From assembly GCA_050613775.1 (NCBI GenBank), contig JBODTK010000150.1, forward strand, positions 124,001 through 188,000: a stretch of DNA of 64,000 bases, read 5' to 3'. The DNA comes from Neocallimastix sp. 'constans' (lineage: Eukaryota). The number at the start of each line of letters is the position of its first letter. Within the stretch, counting starts at the first letter, position 1. A program made the translations under genes and the position numbers. Positions 1 to 13,500 of the stretch are shown here, piece after piece. The notes below the pieces were generated by a model. It made no database searches, was not told the DNA's origin, and saw nothing but the letters and a program-made list of their open reading frames with translations.

Positions 1-96
1 AGTATTAATAACAATTCTATCTGCTAATGATAATATTAATCCAACACACGTTAATAGTATTGCTTGTGCTTCAAATTCAAAAAAAAAGCACATATT

Positions 97-133
<37 letters not shown>

Positions 134-2145
134 CATGTTTATTTGTCAGTTAAGGATCAATTATTAAATAATTAAATTCCCAATTTAGCAAAAAGATACT
201 TGTAGTTGACATAAAATTTTGAAAAAAATGAGATTATATTATTATTCATATCTATATAATATATATTATAATATATTATATAATTTTTTTTTTAATTTAT
301 TATTAAGGATATATATTATTAATATATATTTAATATAGAAATAAATTTTAAAATTTTCTTTTTTTTTTTTCATTTGAAACCACGTTTTTTATTATTTTGA
401 TATTTATATTAATGTCAAATTTACATTAATTAATGCTAAATCAGTAAATTAATTTTAGATAATTAATATAATCTTTTAAAAACTTTATATTATTAATTTT
501 GTTCCAGTATAATAAGATTTATATTTATTTTATTCTTAATTTATTCTTTTATATTCTTTTATTGTAATGGTTTTATTATGGTTTACACATATGAAGTAAC
601 ATAAAAATATAATATTTAAATATACCATATTATATTTAATATATCATATTATATCATAAAGTTTTTCTGAAAATGGAATTTTTTTTAATTTTATTTTATT
701 TTATTTTATTTTTTTTTTTTTTCTTCACATATGAAGGAAAATACACCTTCTATTACTATAATTTATCAAATATTAAATAAATGATTTATTAGCATTTTTA
801 CTCATTTTAATTATATAATATAAACTTTATAAAAATTGTATTAAAAGCATAGCAACAAACATTAAAAGTAAAAAGTAAAAATTATATATATGTATCATAT
901 ATATTAAATATTAATATAACCTTAATAAGAAAAAAAAGTAATATCATTCTAGATTATGATTATTATAAGACGTCATTTCTCTTAATTTAATTATATATAA
1001 AAGCTATTAACAATCTACATTTCTTTATTCTTTTTTTAAACTGTCTTTTGCTTTCATTTATTAAATTATTAATAAGATCATTTACTCATTTATTTATATT
1101 TTCATTTATTTTTAAATAAATTCAACCATTCACCTGTTTATTTATTTAATACTAAGTTTTTTTTTTTTTTTAGACTAGGAAGAGAATACACTTCCAGTGC
1201 TTTAATAGTAAGATATCTATTTATCTCTTTTTTTTCTTTTTTTTTTTTTTTTATTTTCCAAAATTATAATATAAATATAGATATTTTAAATAGATATATA
1301 TATAGTTATAGATATAGATATAGATATTGGTTCCACCTATAAGTATAATCTATAAAGATAAAAAATGATGAATATAAATTTAATCAACGACTAACTACAA
1401 TAAATAACAAAAAAAATAAAAAAAAAGTTAAGAAATAATTTTATATGAAATTAAAATTTAAAAAAAAAAAAAATCAAAATAATTAATTGATAAAAATGTA
1501 AAGTCTTTTATTATATCTATAGATATTTTCATAACATTAAAAATACTTAAATATATATTGATAATACTTCTTAAAAGTACTTGAAATAATTAATTAAATT
1601 AACGAAAATATTTTAATTGTATTAATTGAAATAATAATATAATAATAATAATTATTATTATTACTATTATTTCTTTTAATTATTATTATTATTATTTTCA
1701 TGATTTTTTGTTAATAATGGTCATATCATGAATACTTTTATAAAATATTTTAATTTTTAAATATTTCTTATATTAATAAAGAGAAAATAAATAAAAAAAA
1801 ATTAAAAAAAAAAATAGATATACTTATTAATTAAAATGAAATAATAATAATATTATTAATATTAAAATAAATTCATATCGATTATAAAGATTGCGTAAGT
1901 TGGTTCAGTCTTAATAATATTAACAAAGTATAAAATTAAAATAAATATTATATAAATAAAATAAAATAAGGTAAAATAATATTAATAATAATTAAAATTT
2001 TATAATAAAATCAAATTAATAATAATAATGTAGAATAATCAATATATATATTATCAACTTACATTAATTAAATTTGCTTTTAATAAAATATTAAAAAAAG
2101 AATTTAATTTTTTTTTTTTTTATTTTTATTTTATTGTATTTTGTT

Positions 2146-3801
2146 TTAAATGAAAAGCAAAGTCAAAAGTAAGATAGCATTTAAAAGAAGTACTGATTTG
2201 AAATTAACGCTAAGATTAAAAGCGGCAGATTCTTGAGCTCTGAGATTTCTAGTAACTTGTTTAGATGTTAAAAATTCATGAATATCACTACCTAAAGCTT
2301 CTTGAACACGATAGGATGGGTGAAGATCATTATGCCAGAAGTGTGTTTCATCAGAAGTACCACAGTTACCATTACCAGAATTTTCACAACTATCAGTAAT
2401 ATTGTCAATACCAAATTTTTCCTTATTATCCATAATATATTGGAATTCCATGAAAGAATCATATATTAAAACATTAGTATCTGGATGAGCATTAAAGAAA
2501 TCTCTACCATTGTTCTTAACTTGAATATTAAAGTAAGTAGTATCAGAACTTGTGAAATTTAATGAGTTGTTTTTGTTTAATGGAGCATTTTCAATAGTTG
2601 GAACATAAATGAATAAGAAATGTCTAGCACCATGTTCATAAAGATCATTGACCTTTTGGAACATAGCCTTAATAATAGTATCAATAGTATCATTGCTTGA
2701 AGCACCTTGGGAACGATTTAAATAAATAATATCATTAATACCGAACCAGATAGCGAATAAAGCAGTTCTACTAGACCATCCTCTTTCTTTATTAACAGAA
2801 TATAAATTATCAATGAAATTATCATATTGAGTTACAAAAGAAGTGTCATCTTCAGCACGAGGAACACTATAATATTTTGAAAAAAAATTTTTTTTTATTT
2901 TTTTTTAAACAAAATCAATATATTTTGGAATAAAGATAATTTCGTTAGTACATAAATAATTTATTATTTAATAGATATATAAATTGATTAAAATCTTTAA
3001 TAAATTAATAAAAAAAAAAAAAAATGATAATTGCATAGCTTGGTCAACAACAGCACCATTGTGAGCATAATCCCATAACCAGTATTTATGGTCTGGAATA
3101 TCAATTAATTTTAAAGCCCAATTCTTGCCACCATTTATTTTCTTTATACATTTATAAATAAATAGATATATATTAAATATTAATAATAATTTTTGAATAC
3201 GTTTCACTATTACTTAAATTTTATAAATAAAAAGATAATAAATTTATTAAAATATTTAGGATAATATTTGAATTTCTTTTTTTTTTTTTTCTCTTTTTTT
3301 TTTAAGAATTAATAACAATGAAAAGAAACAAAATTTATAATTTTGTTAAAAATATTTACTTTATCATATTTCATATTCTTTAAATTGGTATGAACATCGG
3401 AATAAGCATCACTATATTTAATTTTCAATAATTAAAATTAAAATAAATATAAATTAATTAATTAATTAATTAATTAATTATTTTTTTTTATATTATTTCA
3501 CTTTCATTATTTACTATTTTTATTAAAGTCTTCTAATAATTATATTAATTAAAACTTTATATTTTTAAATATTATTTTATTTTATCAGCAATATCAATTC
3601 AAATTTATAAAGGAGATATATTATTTTTCCATTTTACCCAAAAACAATTAGGTCTTGCATATTAGCATAATCAAAAACAAATGTCGAATTTGTTAAATAA
3701 GCATGTGAAATATCTTGTCCTCTTAAGGCAAAACCATAAGATGGAAGAACAAACGATGTGGTCAATAATAAACTTAATGTGTTGATTAAAATGTTTTTCA
3801 T
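2146..3801 (-). CDS. Secreted SGNH/GDSL-family esterase-like protein (fungal CE16 acetylesterase-like), 4 exons, probable GPI/membrane tail; catalytic residues altered
   Basis: Spliced translation: signal-like MKNILINTLSLLLTTSFVLPSYG, block I LIVFGDAYSD, block II DYAHNGAVVD, block III WFGINDI, GARHFLFIYVP, block V FWHNDLHPS, hydrophobic C-terminus. Exons approx 3801-3638, 3411-3360, 3141-3035, 2866-2146. Confidence 0.85.
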
Positions 3802-5932
3802 TTTATTCTTTAAATTAATTTTATTAAATAAAAAAAAATATTGTGTATAATTGCTACGTAAATAACTTTGATTCGTAATTTAAAAAGAAAACAGACTTTG
3901 AAATAAATAAAATAAAAAAAAAAAAAAAAGAATTTTCAAATAATTTTTCCCTTAAAAAAAAAGATGAGTCAACAATAGTTAATATAATAATTAAAAATAG
4001 ATAAAATTTTTTTTTTGAAATAAATTTTTTTTTAATTTATTGAAATGAATCAATATTTTAATATATATAAATTATATTAATAACAAATAATATGTGTTAA
4101 TACTAATATATATGAAAGCATTTATTTTTCGATGAGATAAAATATTAAAAAAATTAAAATAAAAATAAAAATAAAAATTATTAAATAAAAATTTTTTTAT
4201 ATTTTCTTATAATATTTTACGTGCTTTACAAATTTAATTTTGAATATAACAAATGTAACTATAACTAATTATATATATAAATGTTATTTTTTTTTATTTG
4301 TATTATTGATATTTTCCATATTTAAAAATTCTTTCAATCATTATTATTTGATAATATTTAATTAAAATATTATCATTACTAATAATTATAATATCAATAT
4401 TATTATTTATTATTTATTATTAAAAAGTTATTCATGATTAATTATTTATATTTACTCAATGAGTATTTATTCATTTTTTCATTTATTTATTCATTTATTT
4501 ATTTATTTATATTATTACTTATATTATGGAAATAAAAAATAAAAATAAAAATAAAAAAAAACAGTGCCATGGAAACATAATAATATAAACAAATATGGAA
4601 TATTTTCAATACTATTGGACAATATATTAATATATATGAAATAAATTTAACAAATTTGTAGAAATATTGATAATACTGAATACTATATATTATGATTATA
4701 TTCAATATAATAAGTATTATTAGTTGCTAAGTCAACAAAATTATAATCAGTTTCTGTTGACAATATATTATTGTTACTATTATTATTATTGGAATATAAT
4801 TATATATATATTAACAAATATAGAAAATATCGAAAATGGATTTTACTTAAAAAGCAAAAAAATTATGGCATTGCCTTAATAAACTAATAAAATATTATTA
4901 AATATCAATAAATAAGTATTACGTATTATGTTATTATTAAATATTAATAAATAGGCATTATTAATATTTAATAATACATAATACATAATACATAATTTTA
5001 ATATTTAATAATACATAATACTTATTTATTATGTAATTATGTAGTAATAAACAGGATAAAATATTAAATATCAATAATTAATATACATTAATGTAGCTTT
5101 TTCTTCTACGTAAAAATGAATTAAATTATAAAAAATGATTAATCATTAAAACCAACTATTATTATATATATAATTAATTTTAAACAGAAATTAATAATTA
5201 GTAATAAATATATGACAAACTATAAATATAATTAAATAGTCATAAAAAAAAAAAAATAATAATGTGAATAGAAAAAAAACAAAACAAATTTATTTATTTA
5301 TTTGTTTATTCATTCATTCATTAATAAATAATTGTTAGATATTATATATATACATAAAAAGTAATGAAAAAAATAAGAAAAAATTATATGTATATTTAAA
5401 TTTAATTACATCAAAATAATAATAATAATAATAATAATATGATTTGTTTATATTCACCAAGTTAAAATAACATTCTAATCCATAACACCAAACAAATATA
5501 CAAAAATGAAAAATAAAAAAAAAAAATAAAATAAAATAAAATAATAAAAATCTATAAAAGCATAAATAATAAAGTACAATCCATAATAATTTCATATTTA
5601 ATAATACTATATGTCATTTGATAATTCTCATATAAATAAATATATTTCATAATAATTTATTATTAAGGGAAAAAATATATTTTTTGTTAATAAAAAAATA
5701 TTAAAAAGATAGACACATTAATTCAAATCTATTAAGTTAATTATTAGAAAAAAATATAATAGTTTTACTTGTTATATATTTATATTGATAATTAATTATT
5801 AATCAATTAAAAGAAATATAATAATAATGACCATATAATAATTAATTTTTTTAAGATTTAAATAATATTCTTATGTTTTAGTTTTATTTAATTTTTTGTC
5901 TAATTTAAATATATTTATATATTTAAATTATA

Positions 5933-5966
<34 letters not shown>

Positions 5967-6977
5967 TTTTGTTAAATGTTATTATTTTAAACTTAGATTA
6001 ATAAAAGATTTATATGATAATAAAATTTATATATTATTTATCAAAAATAAAATTTATTTTATGTATTAATTAGTATTGAAATATTCATTTAATACATATG
6101 AAAATGAAAAATAAAATTTATAGTCATTTCATAAATTATAAATTAATTGTTAATATTTAAATTTTAAAAAAGTCTTCGATTTTATATTTAAAATAGAATT
6201 TTTTTAACTTTTAAGAATTATAAACACCTTTTAAAATGGTTTTAATTACTATTTTAATTTGTTAACATTATAAACTTTATAATGTAAATATTATAATATT
6301 TATTAATCATTTTTTTTTAATATATAAAATAATTCTAAAAAAAATAAAATAAAAAAAGTAAAAATAAAAATTAAAAATAGAATTAGTGGAATTTTTTAGC
6401 ACAGTTTTTCTGAAAGTGAAAATGTGACGTGACATATTCATATAAATTATTTTATATATATATAAATAAAATTATACTTATTTCTATAATAAGCCACATA
6501 TAATATTAAATATTATTATAATTAATTATAAAATTATTTTTTAATATACCATAAAACCACATTTCTTCTTTGATTAATCATCCATTAAAATATGTAAATA
6601 ATAAAAAAAATTTATTTTTAATTAATCTAAATTAAATAAATTAATTTAAATATATTTAATACAATGTATAATATATATAATATATGAATTATTAATTTAA
6701 TTAATATTTTTTAAATATACTTTTGATAATTGAATAATTGATGTAAAATCAGTTTTATAATAATAAAAAAGCTCACTTTTTTTTAAAAATATTTTTTTAT
6801 TTTTTTTAAAAGTATTTTTAAATAGATTTAAGAACTATAAAAAGATATATATAAATTAATAAAGGTATATTGAATTTTTTAAAAAATTATCTATATTATA
6901 TTATATTTTATTGAAAAATTTCAATATTTTTTAACATTTAAATTAATATTTAATAAATAATTTCTAAAAAAATAAAG

Positions 6978-7422
6978 ATGGCTAGAAGACTTCCAGGAAA
7001 AGCTAAAAAAGAAACTAGAGAACAAAGTAAATTTATTATATATATATATATATATTATTTTAATATAATCTTTTTTATATGCTTTATTGTTTAATTAAAA
7101 TTTAAATAAGAAATAATTTTAATGAAATTTAATTATAATTATTATTATTTTATTTTAAATTACATATAATAAAAAGGATTAGCCCGTCAGAGAAATACTG
7201 AAGAAGCTCTTCAACTTAGTAAGGTAATGTTTATATTAATATCTTTTGATTTTAAAATTTTCATAAATTAATAAATTCATACAAGACAATTGTTAATAAT
7301 ATATTGTTATTAAATACATAAAATTAATAATATTATTAAACTAACAGAGATTTGTTGTTCCATCTGTTATTTTTGGATTTTGTGCTTTTGTTCTCTTTTT
7401 CATTATTAAGTTTGGATTTTAA
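6978..7422 (+). CDS. SMCO4: SMCO4-like single-pass membrane microprotein, 56 aa, 3 exons
   Basis: Exons 6978-7026, 7177-7223, 7348-7422 with GT-AG introns give MARRLPGKAKKETREQRLARQRNTEEALQLSKRFVVPSVIFGFCAFVLFFIIKFGF*. The N-terminus resembles the animal SMCO4 start (MRQLKGKPKKET, from memory) and is followed by one transmembrane helix. Confidence 0.8.
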
Positions 7423-7530
7423 ACATGATATAAAAATTTCATATTTAAACTAAAAATAAGATAAAAAAATAAAATAAATATAATATACCAGGAAATGGAA
7501 ATAAAATAAAAGAATTTTTTTATTTTTTTA

Positions 7531-7571
<41 letters not shown>

Positions 7572-7974
7572 CTCTTAAGTGTAAATACAATAAATAATAT
7601 TTAAAAAAAAAAAAATGTATATATATATAATTAATATTATTCTATCATAATTATTTTTATATATTATATATTTTCTTTTTTTTTCAATTTAATTTTTTTT
7701 TTTTTTTTTTTTTTTAGAAAAAATTGATAATAAATTGAAATTTAAAAATAAAATTACAATTTGTTACTATATAATTAATTATAATTATGTTTATTTGAAT
7801 ATTTTGTTATTAATTCAACAATTTTTATGATTTTCAAGATTTTTCAATTGTAATAAGATATATATTATTATTGGGTTATAATTTTCATATATTAATTTTT
7901 AATAATTTAAAATTTAATATTATTAATTATTATTATTATTTTATTGATTATTACTGTTATTTTTTTAAATATTC

Positions 7975-8500
7975 ACAATTATTATTTATTATTTATTATT
8001 TATTATCTATTATTTATTATTTATTATCTATTATTTATTATTTATTATCTATTATTTATTATTTATTATCTATTATTTATTATTTATTATTTATTATTTA
8101 TTATTTATTATTTATTATTTATTATTTAATATTTATTATTTATTATTTAATATTTATTATTTATTATTTATTATTCAATTATTTATTATTTATTATTTTA
8201 TTATTTTATTTATTATTTATTATTCAATTATTTATTATTTATTATTTATTATTTATTATTTATTATTTATTATTTATTATTCAATTATTTATTATCTATT
8301 ATTCAATTATTTATTATTTATTAATAAACACTCTTTTTATTCTTTTTTATTATTTATTATTTAATTATTTATTATTTATTTATTATTATTTACTATTTAT
8401 TTATTATTATTTAATTATTTATTATTTATTTATTATTATTTACTATTTATTTATTATTATTTATTATTTATTATTTATTATTTAATAATTAATATTATTT
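7975..8500. repeat. Low-complexity (TTA/TTTA)n minisatellite
   Basis: Degenerate tandem ttattatttattat units; source of the spurious IIYYLL ORFs. Confidence 0.85.
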
Positions 8501-8513
8501 AGTTGATTGTGTG

Positions 8514-8670
8514 CGAGGATCGCGTAGGGTGCTTCTATATGGAGTTTCTTTGCTTATGGGGAGTTGAGAGCGCCGACGCCGTACTGGTATGGCAGTTAAT
8601 CATACACCCATATTACTATATGGGGAAGACCAAAGTCGGTCTATAAAAAAAAAAAAAAAAAAAAAAAAAA
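8514..8670 (+). mobile_element. Short (probably 5'-truncated) non-LTR retroposon/SINE with poly(A) tail
   Basis: GC-rich ~130 nt body, poly(A) 8645-8670, flanked by 14-bp direct repeat tagttgattgtgtg (8500-8513 and 8671-8684). Confidence 0.85.
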
Positions 8671-9738
8671 TAGTTGATTGTGTGACAATAATCAAAACAT
8701 GATAATAATAATAATTTATTATGTATTTTTTATTAACTAAAATATATAAATGATTTGAAATTATATAATATTGAGATAAAGTTTAAAATTTATTATGATG
8801 ATATTAACTTTTAAAAAATCATTTAAAACCAATAAATTAAATTTTACGTATTAACATTTTTTTTAATATAAAAATTAATACATAAGTAATATATTAATAG
8901 TATATTCTTATTTTATTCTTATTTGTATAAAAATTATTTTTTATAAAGTAATAAATTATTATTGAAATGTCATAACCCTTGATAGATCGTAGATAAAATC
9001 TGTATTTGGAATAATCACCATTTATGTCTATATTAAAAAAAATATTAATAAAAATTTTAAATATATATATAATTTTTCTTTTTTTATTTTATTTTTTTTT
9101 ATATTTATATATTAATTTTTAATTAAATTATTTTTTATTTTTATTTATAAATTTTTTTTTCTTTTTTCTTTTTTCTTTTTTATATTGGGGTATTATTAAT
9201 TTATTTAATATTTATTAATTAATATTTCATTTTTATTTCAATTTTTTTATTTTTATTTTTAATTTTAATTTTACTTTTTATTTATTTATTTATTTATTTT
9301 TTCTTTTAATTTTAATTGAGTATTTGAATACATCATATTGTTATTTATATTTTAATAACAAATATTAATTTTATTTAAGTATATTTATTGCCTTAAATTT
9401 ATTTATATATGTATATTTCAAAAAAAAAAAATCTAATAATAAAATTATTAATAAATTGTTTGTAAATAAATAATAAAGTTAACATATAATAAAATAAATT
9501 TTAAGGACTATTAAATATATGTTAAATTTTTGTTATTTATAAAGTACAATAGAAATTCTATATTATATAAATTAGAATATTATAATATATGTTTACTTAA
9601 AATAAATTCGCAAGCGATATTGAAAAAGTAACACAAATCATTAGACATTAAAGAAAAACATATTATCAAAAGGTAATAAATATACAAATATAGAAATAAC
9701 CTTCATAAAATAATTACAAACAAATAAACATAAAAAAA

Positions 9739-9773
<35 letters not shown>

Positions 9774-10562
9774 GAAACTACTAAACTTTATTTATTTCTG
9801 TTATGTTATGTTTAATTATACAAGAAATAAAAAAAATAAAATATAATACTTAATTATTCATTTCTTTTTCTTTCAAAAATTATTTATAAATACAATGAAA
9901 TATTAATATTTATTTTAACATTACAGTATATCTAATATAAACTTTTTTAAATTGTACAATTAAATTGATACATTGAATATAAAATTATTATTGTAGAATT
10001 CTAAGAATAATATTTTATTTTTGATAAAATATATAAATAAAAATAAAAAACTACAATAAAAGTAGATAAATAAGTGAATATTTATCTTTTTAGCCAATTA
10101 CTATCACCATTTATTACATGAAATTATATGTTTAATTGAATTTATACTGTATTTAAAAAAAAAAAAAATTATTTATATTCTTTATGTAATTTTGAACCTA
10201 TAAATAAATATTTTGAAGGCAATTTATTATACATTTTTTTAAAAAAAAAATAATAAAAGAAAAAAAGAAAATCAATTAATTACATTATATATTACAATAA
10301 TAAATTAAAAAATAACTTTAAAATTTTAAATTCTTAAATTAAGAATTAGTATTTAGAAACTAACAAACGCTATTATGAAAGATATTATAAGCTAATTCTT
10401 TCAAAGACATAAAACTATTTATTATTTAATCCATTCATTAATATATTTTTAAAAAAAATAATAAGAAATATAAAGTATATTGAATTATTAGATAATAATA
10501 ATAAATAAACAGAAAAATTAAAAAAAAATTATAAAAGATATACTTTAAAAGATATATTGAAG

Positions 10563-13500
10563 ATGTTCAGTAGATTTTTCAGTTTTAACCAGTCAACAAC
10601 TGGCAAAAATAATAATAATAATAAATCCAGGTAACATGAATAACAAATAAATATTATTTATAATAATTTATTATTCAATACATATTAATAATATCAATAT
10701 AATATTTATAATAGTTCGCATTCTTTTTCTGTTGATAAAATTCGTGTAATTGTTTTTCAAGATACAGGTGATAAATTAAAATTACCTTTATTTGATACCA
10801 AATCACCATATAAATCTTCTCATCACAAAACCTATTCATCCTCATCTTCATTATCTTCTTCAGAAAAACATTCATATTCAAAAACTGGATCATTTTCATT
10901 AATATATAAAACACCTAGGCGTTATTCGCATTATAGTACTGATAAACATTCACAAAGTTGGACTTCTAATGAAGAGAATTCACCAATATATAAAAAGAGG
11001 GTAATTATTAACAATGAATAAATTAAGTCTTTTTTTATATAAAGAATATATTTTGAGATGTATATTTTAAATAAAAATGGCTTATTATTTATTTCAATTG
11101 TTATTATAATTATCATAGATTTTACTTCTATTATTACTATCATTACTATTATTATTATTATTATTAATATCTTTATTAATTTTACTACTATTAAAATTAT
11201 AATTATTATTATTATTATTATAATTATTAATTTTACTATTGTTATTTCTATTTTTTACAATTATTATGACTATTATTATAACTATTACAATTATTACAAT
11301 TAATATAACAATAATTAAAATTAAAAATTTATTTATAAAATTTTCTATTAAATATTTATTTATTAAACAATTTATTAGAGCAATCATAATTTTGAACTAT
11401 TAGGTGAGATAATGTTTGGAACGGCACCAATAGCATATAAAGGTGTAATAACAAAAGTTCATTTACTAAAAATACCGCAACCCCAAATAGTTTGGACTAA
11501 ACTCTTTAGTATAAGCGCTTTCGATGAAGAAGTTTCTTTAATAAAAAATGATTCTATATTAAATAAATCCTCATCAGAATATTCAATGTCTTATGGATCT
11601 TTGAGATATTTTCAACAAAAAGATTTTGAATTTAATCAACAACCTCTGATAGCGAAAAATTTATATAATATGAATACACAAAATCAACAACATGGTTTAT
11701 TTGCTTCAAATAACAATTTATCTTCTCAAGCATCGTCTCCTTCAAATTCATTCAATTCAGGAAAATCATCCAGTACTATAAATTTATCTTCTCAACGTCG
11801 TTCTAAAAGATTTACAACAAGCTTAACAATGGAAAATCTGAAATCAGCAACCTCATCCAATACAGATAAATCAGTTGAATCAATATCATCTGAAGCTGAC
11901 TTACAGAATAATACACAAGCATTAAGAAGATCAAGAAGAAGAAGAATTTTATATGCTATTGGTGTAATCATAGATACTGAGGTAGAACCAGTATTTCGTG
12001 AATTTTTCTTTACTCATTTTATTTTATTAGAAAATCATATTCAAATTTTATATGAAACATTAGTTGATACTATTTGTTCAATATATCGTAAAAACCAAAC
12101 AAAATCAACTGATTCCGTAAGTTGATATATAATCATTTAATTTAATTATAATAATAATAATAAAATAATAAAATAATAATAATAAAAAATAATAAAATAA
12201 TAATAATAAAAAATAATAAAATAATAATAATAATAATAAATAATAAAATAATAATAAAAAATAATAGAATAATAATAATATAAATCAGTTATATTTAATA
12301 TTAAAAAAAATAAGCAAATAAAAAAATAAAAATTTGAAAAAATATAAAAAAAAATAATAATAATAATATCAATTAAATTAAAATGATAATAGTATTTAAA
12401 TTCAATATTTAATAAATAATAATAAAAATTAAATTTATTACATATATATGTTATTATATTAGAATTATTTATATCTGTTAATCTTTATATATATCAATAA
12501 TTAGAATTAATTTTTTTTTTTTTTTTTGAATATTTTAATTTATTTTCTATATTATATAGTATAAATTTGGTCAAGAAGATTATGAAGAATCTCAAATGCA
12601 AATGCTACCTCCATATGCGATTCAAAAAAATCCTGAATTTTTAGCAGCAGTTGAAAAGTTCCAAAATTCATTATGTGAATTATATTGTTCACCTAGAATT
12701 CAAAAACCATTATGGTTAACAATGATGACTTTTCCAGGGGAGAAAAAATCATGTTGTAATATTTTGATTTCAGAATTTTGCAAATTAATTAATAAGATGG
12801 ATATTAAAAAGACTGGTTTCTTTTTATCAAAAGTTTTAACATCCGTTTTAGCTTATCACATCTCATGGGTAACAACAGTAGCATCTTCAATGTATATAGA
12901 ATTTAAAGATAAAAATAAAAGTTCAAAGCAATTGAATCCATATTTAGAACAATTAAGTAGTTTATATGGAAATTTAGGAACCAAAAAGATTTCAAGAACA
13001 ATTATTACAGGAAATCAGGATAAAGCTCAAATTCAAAAATTGTTATATATATTAACCTATTTTATTCGTTGTAGTGAACTTCATGAACATATAGAATATA
13101 TTCAAAATTTAAATAGACAAGAGAGTTATTGTAGTTCAATTCGAAGTGACAGTTTACTATCAACATTTTCAAATTCAGCTACCTCGTTAAACCAACAAGA
13201 TCAGTTAGATTCAAAATTTAAGATGTATGGAGAACCAGATACAAGTGGTTATAAGAATAATAGAATTAGTACTCTTAGTATGAATGTTAATATTAATGGT
13301 AGTAGCGTACCATTAGAAGATACAACATTGACTAATAATGATAATAATGATAACAATAGTAAAGATAATATAGATAAATCGATAAATAATATAGATCAGG
13401 ATGGATCAGATACAACTCCACAAAATAATATAGGAATTTCAGCGACTATGGATTATCAGAATAATACAAATACGGTAAAACATTCTATGCTTACAGAGAA

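Noticed and set aside
4499..5595. Short F/I/Y-rich ORFs (also 11058-11387, 16897-17157, 26450-26746)
   Set aside because: Chance ORFs in AT-rich low-complexity, intronic or repeat sequence.
7871..8485. 204-aa and 61-aa IIYYLL-repeat ORFs
   Set aside because: Translations of a TTA/TTTA minisatellite; no coding signal.
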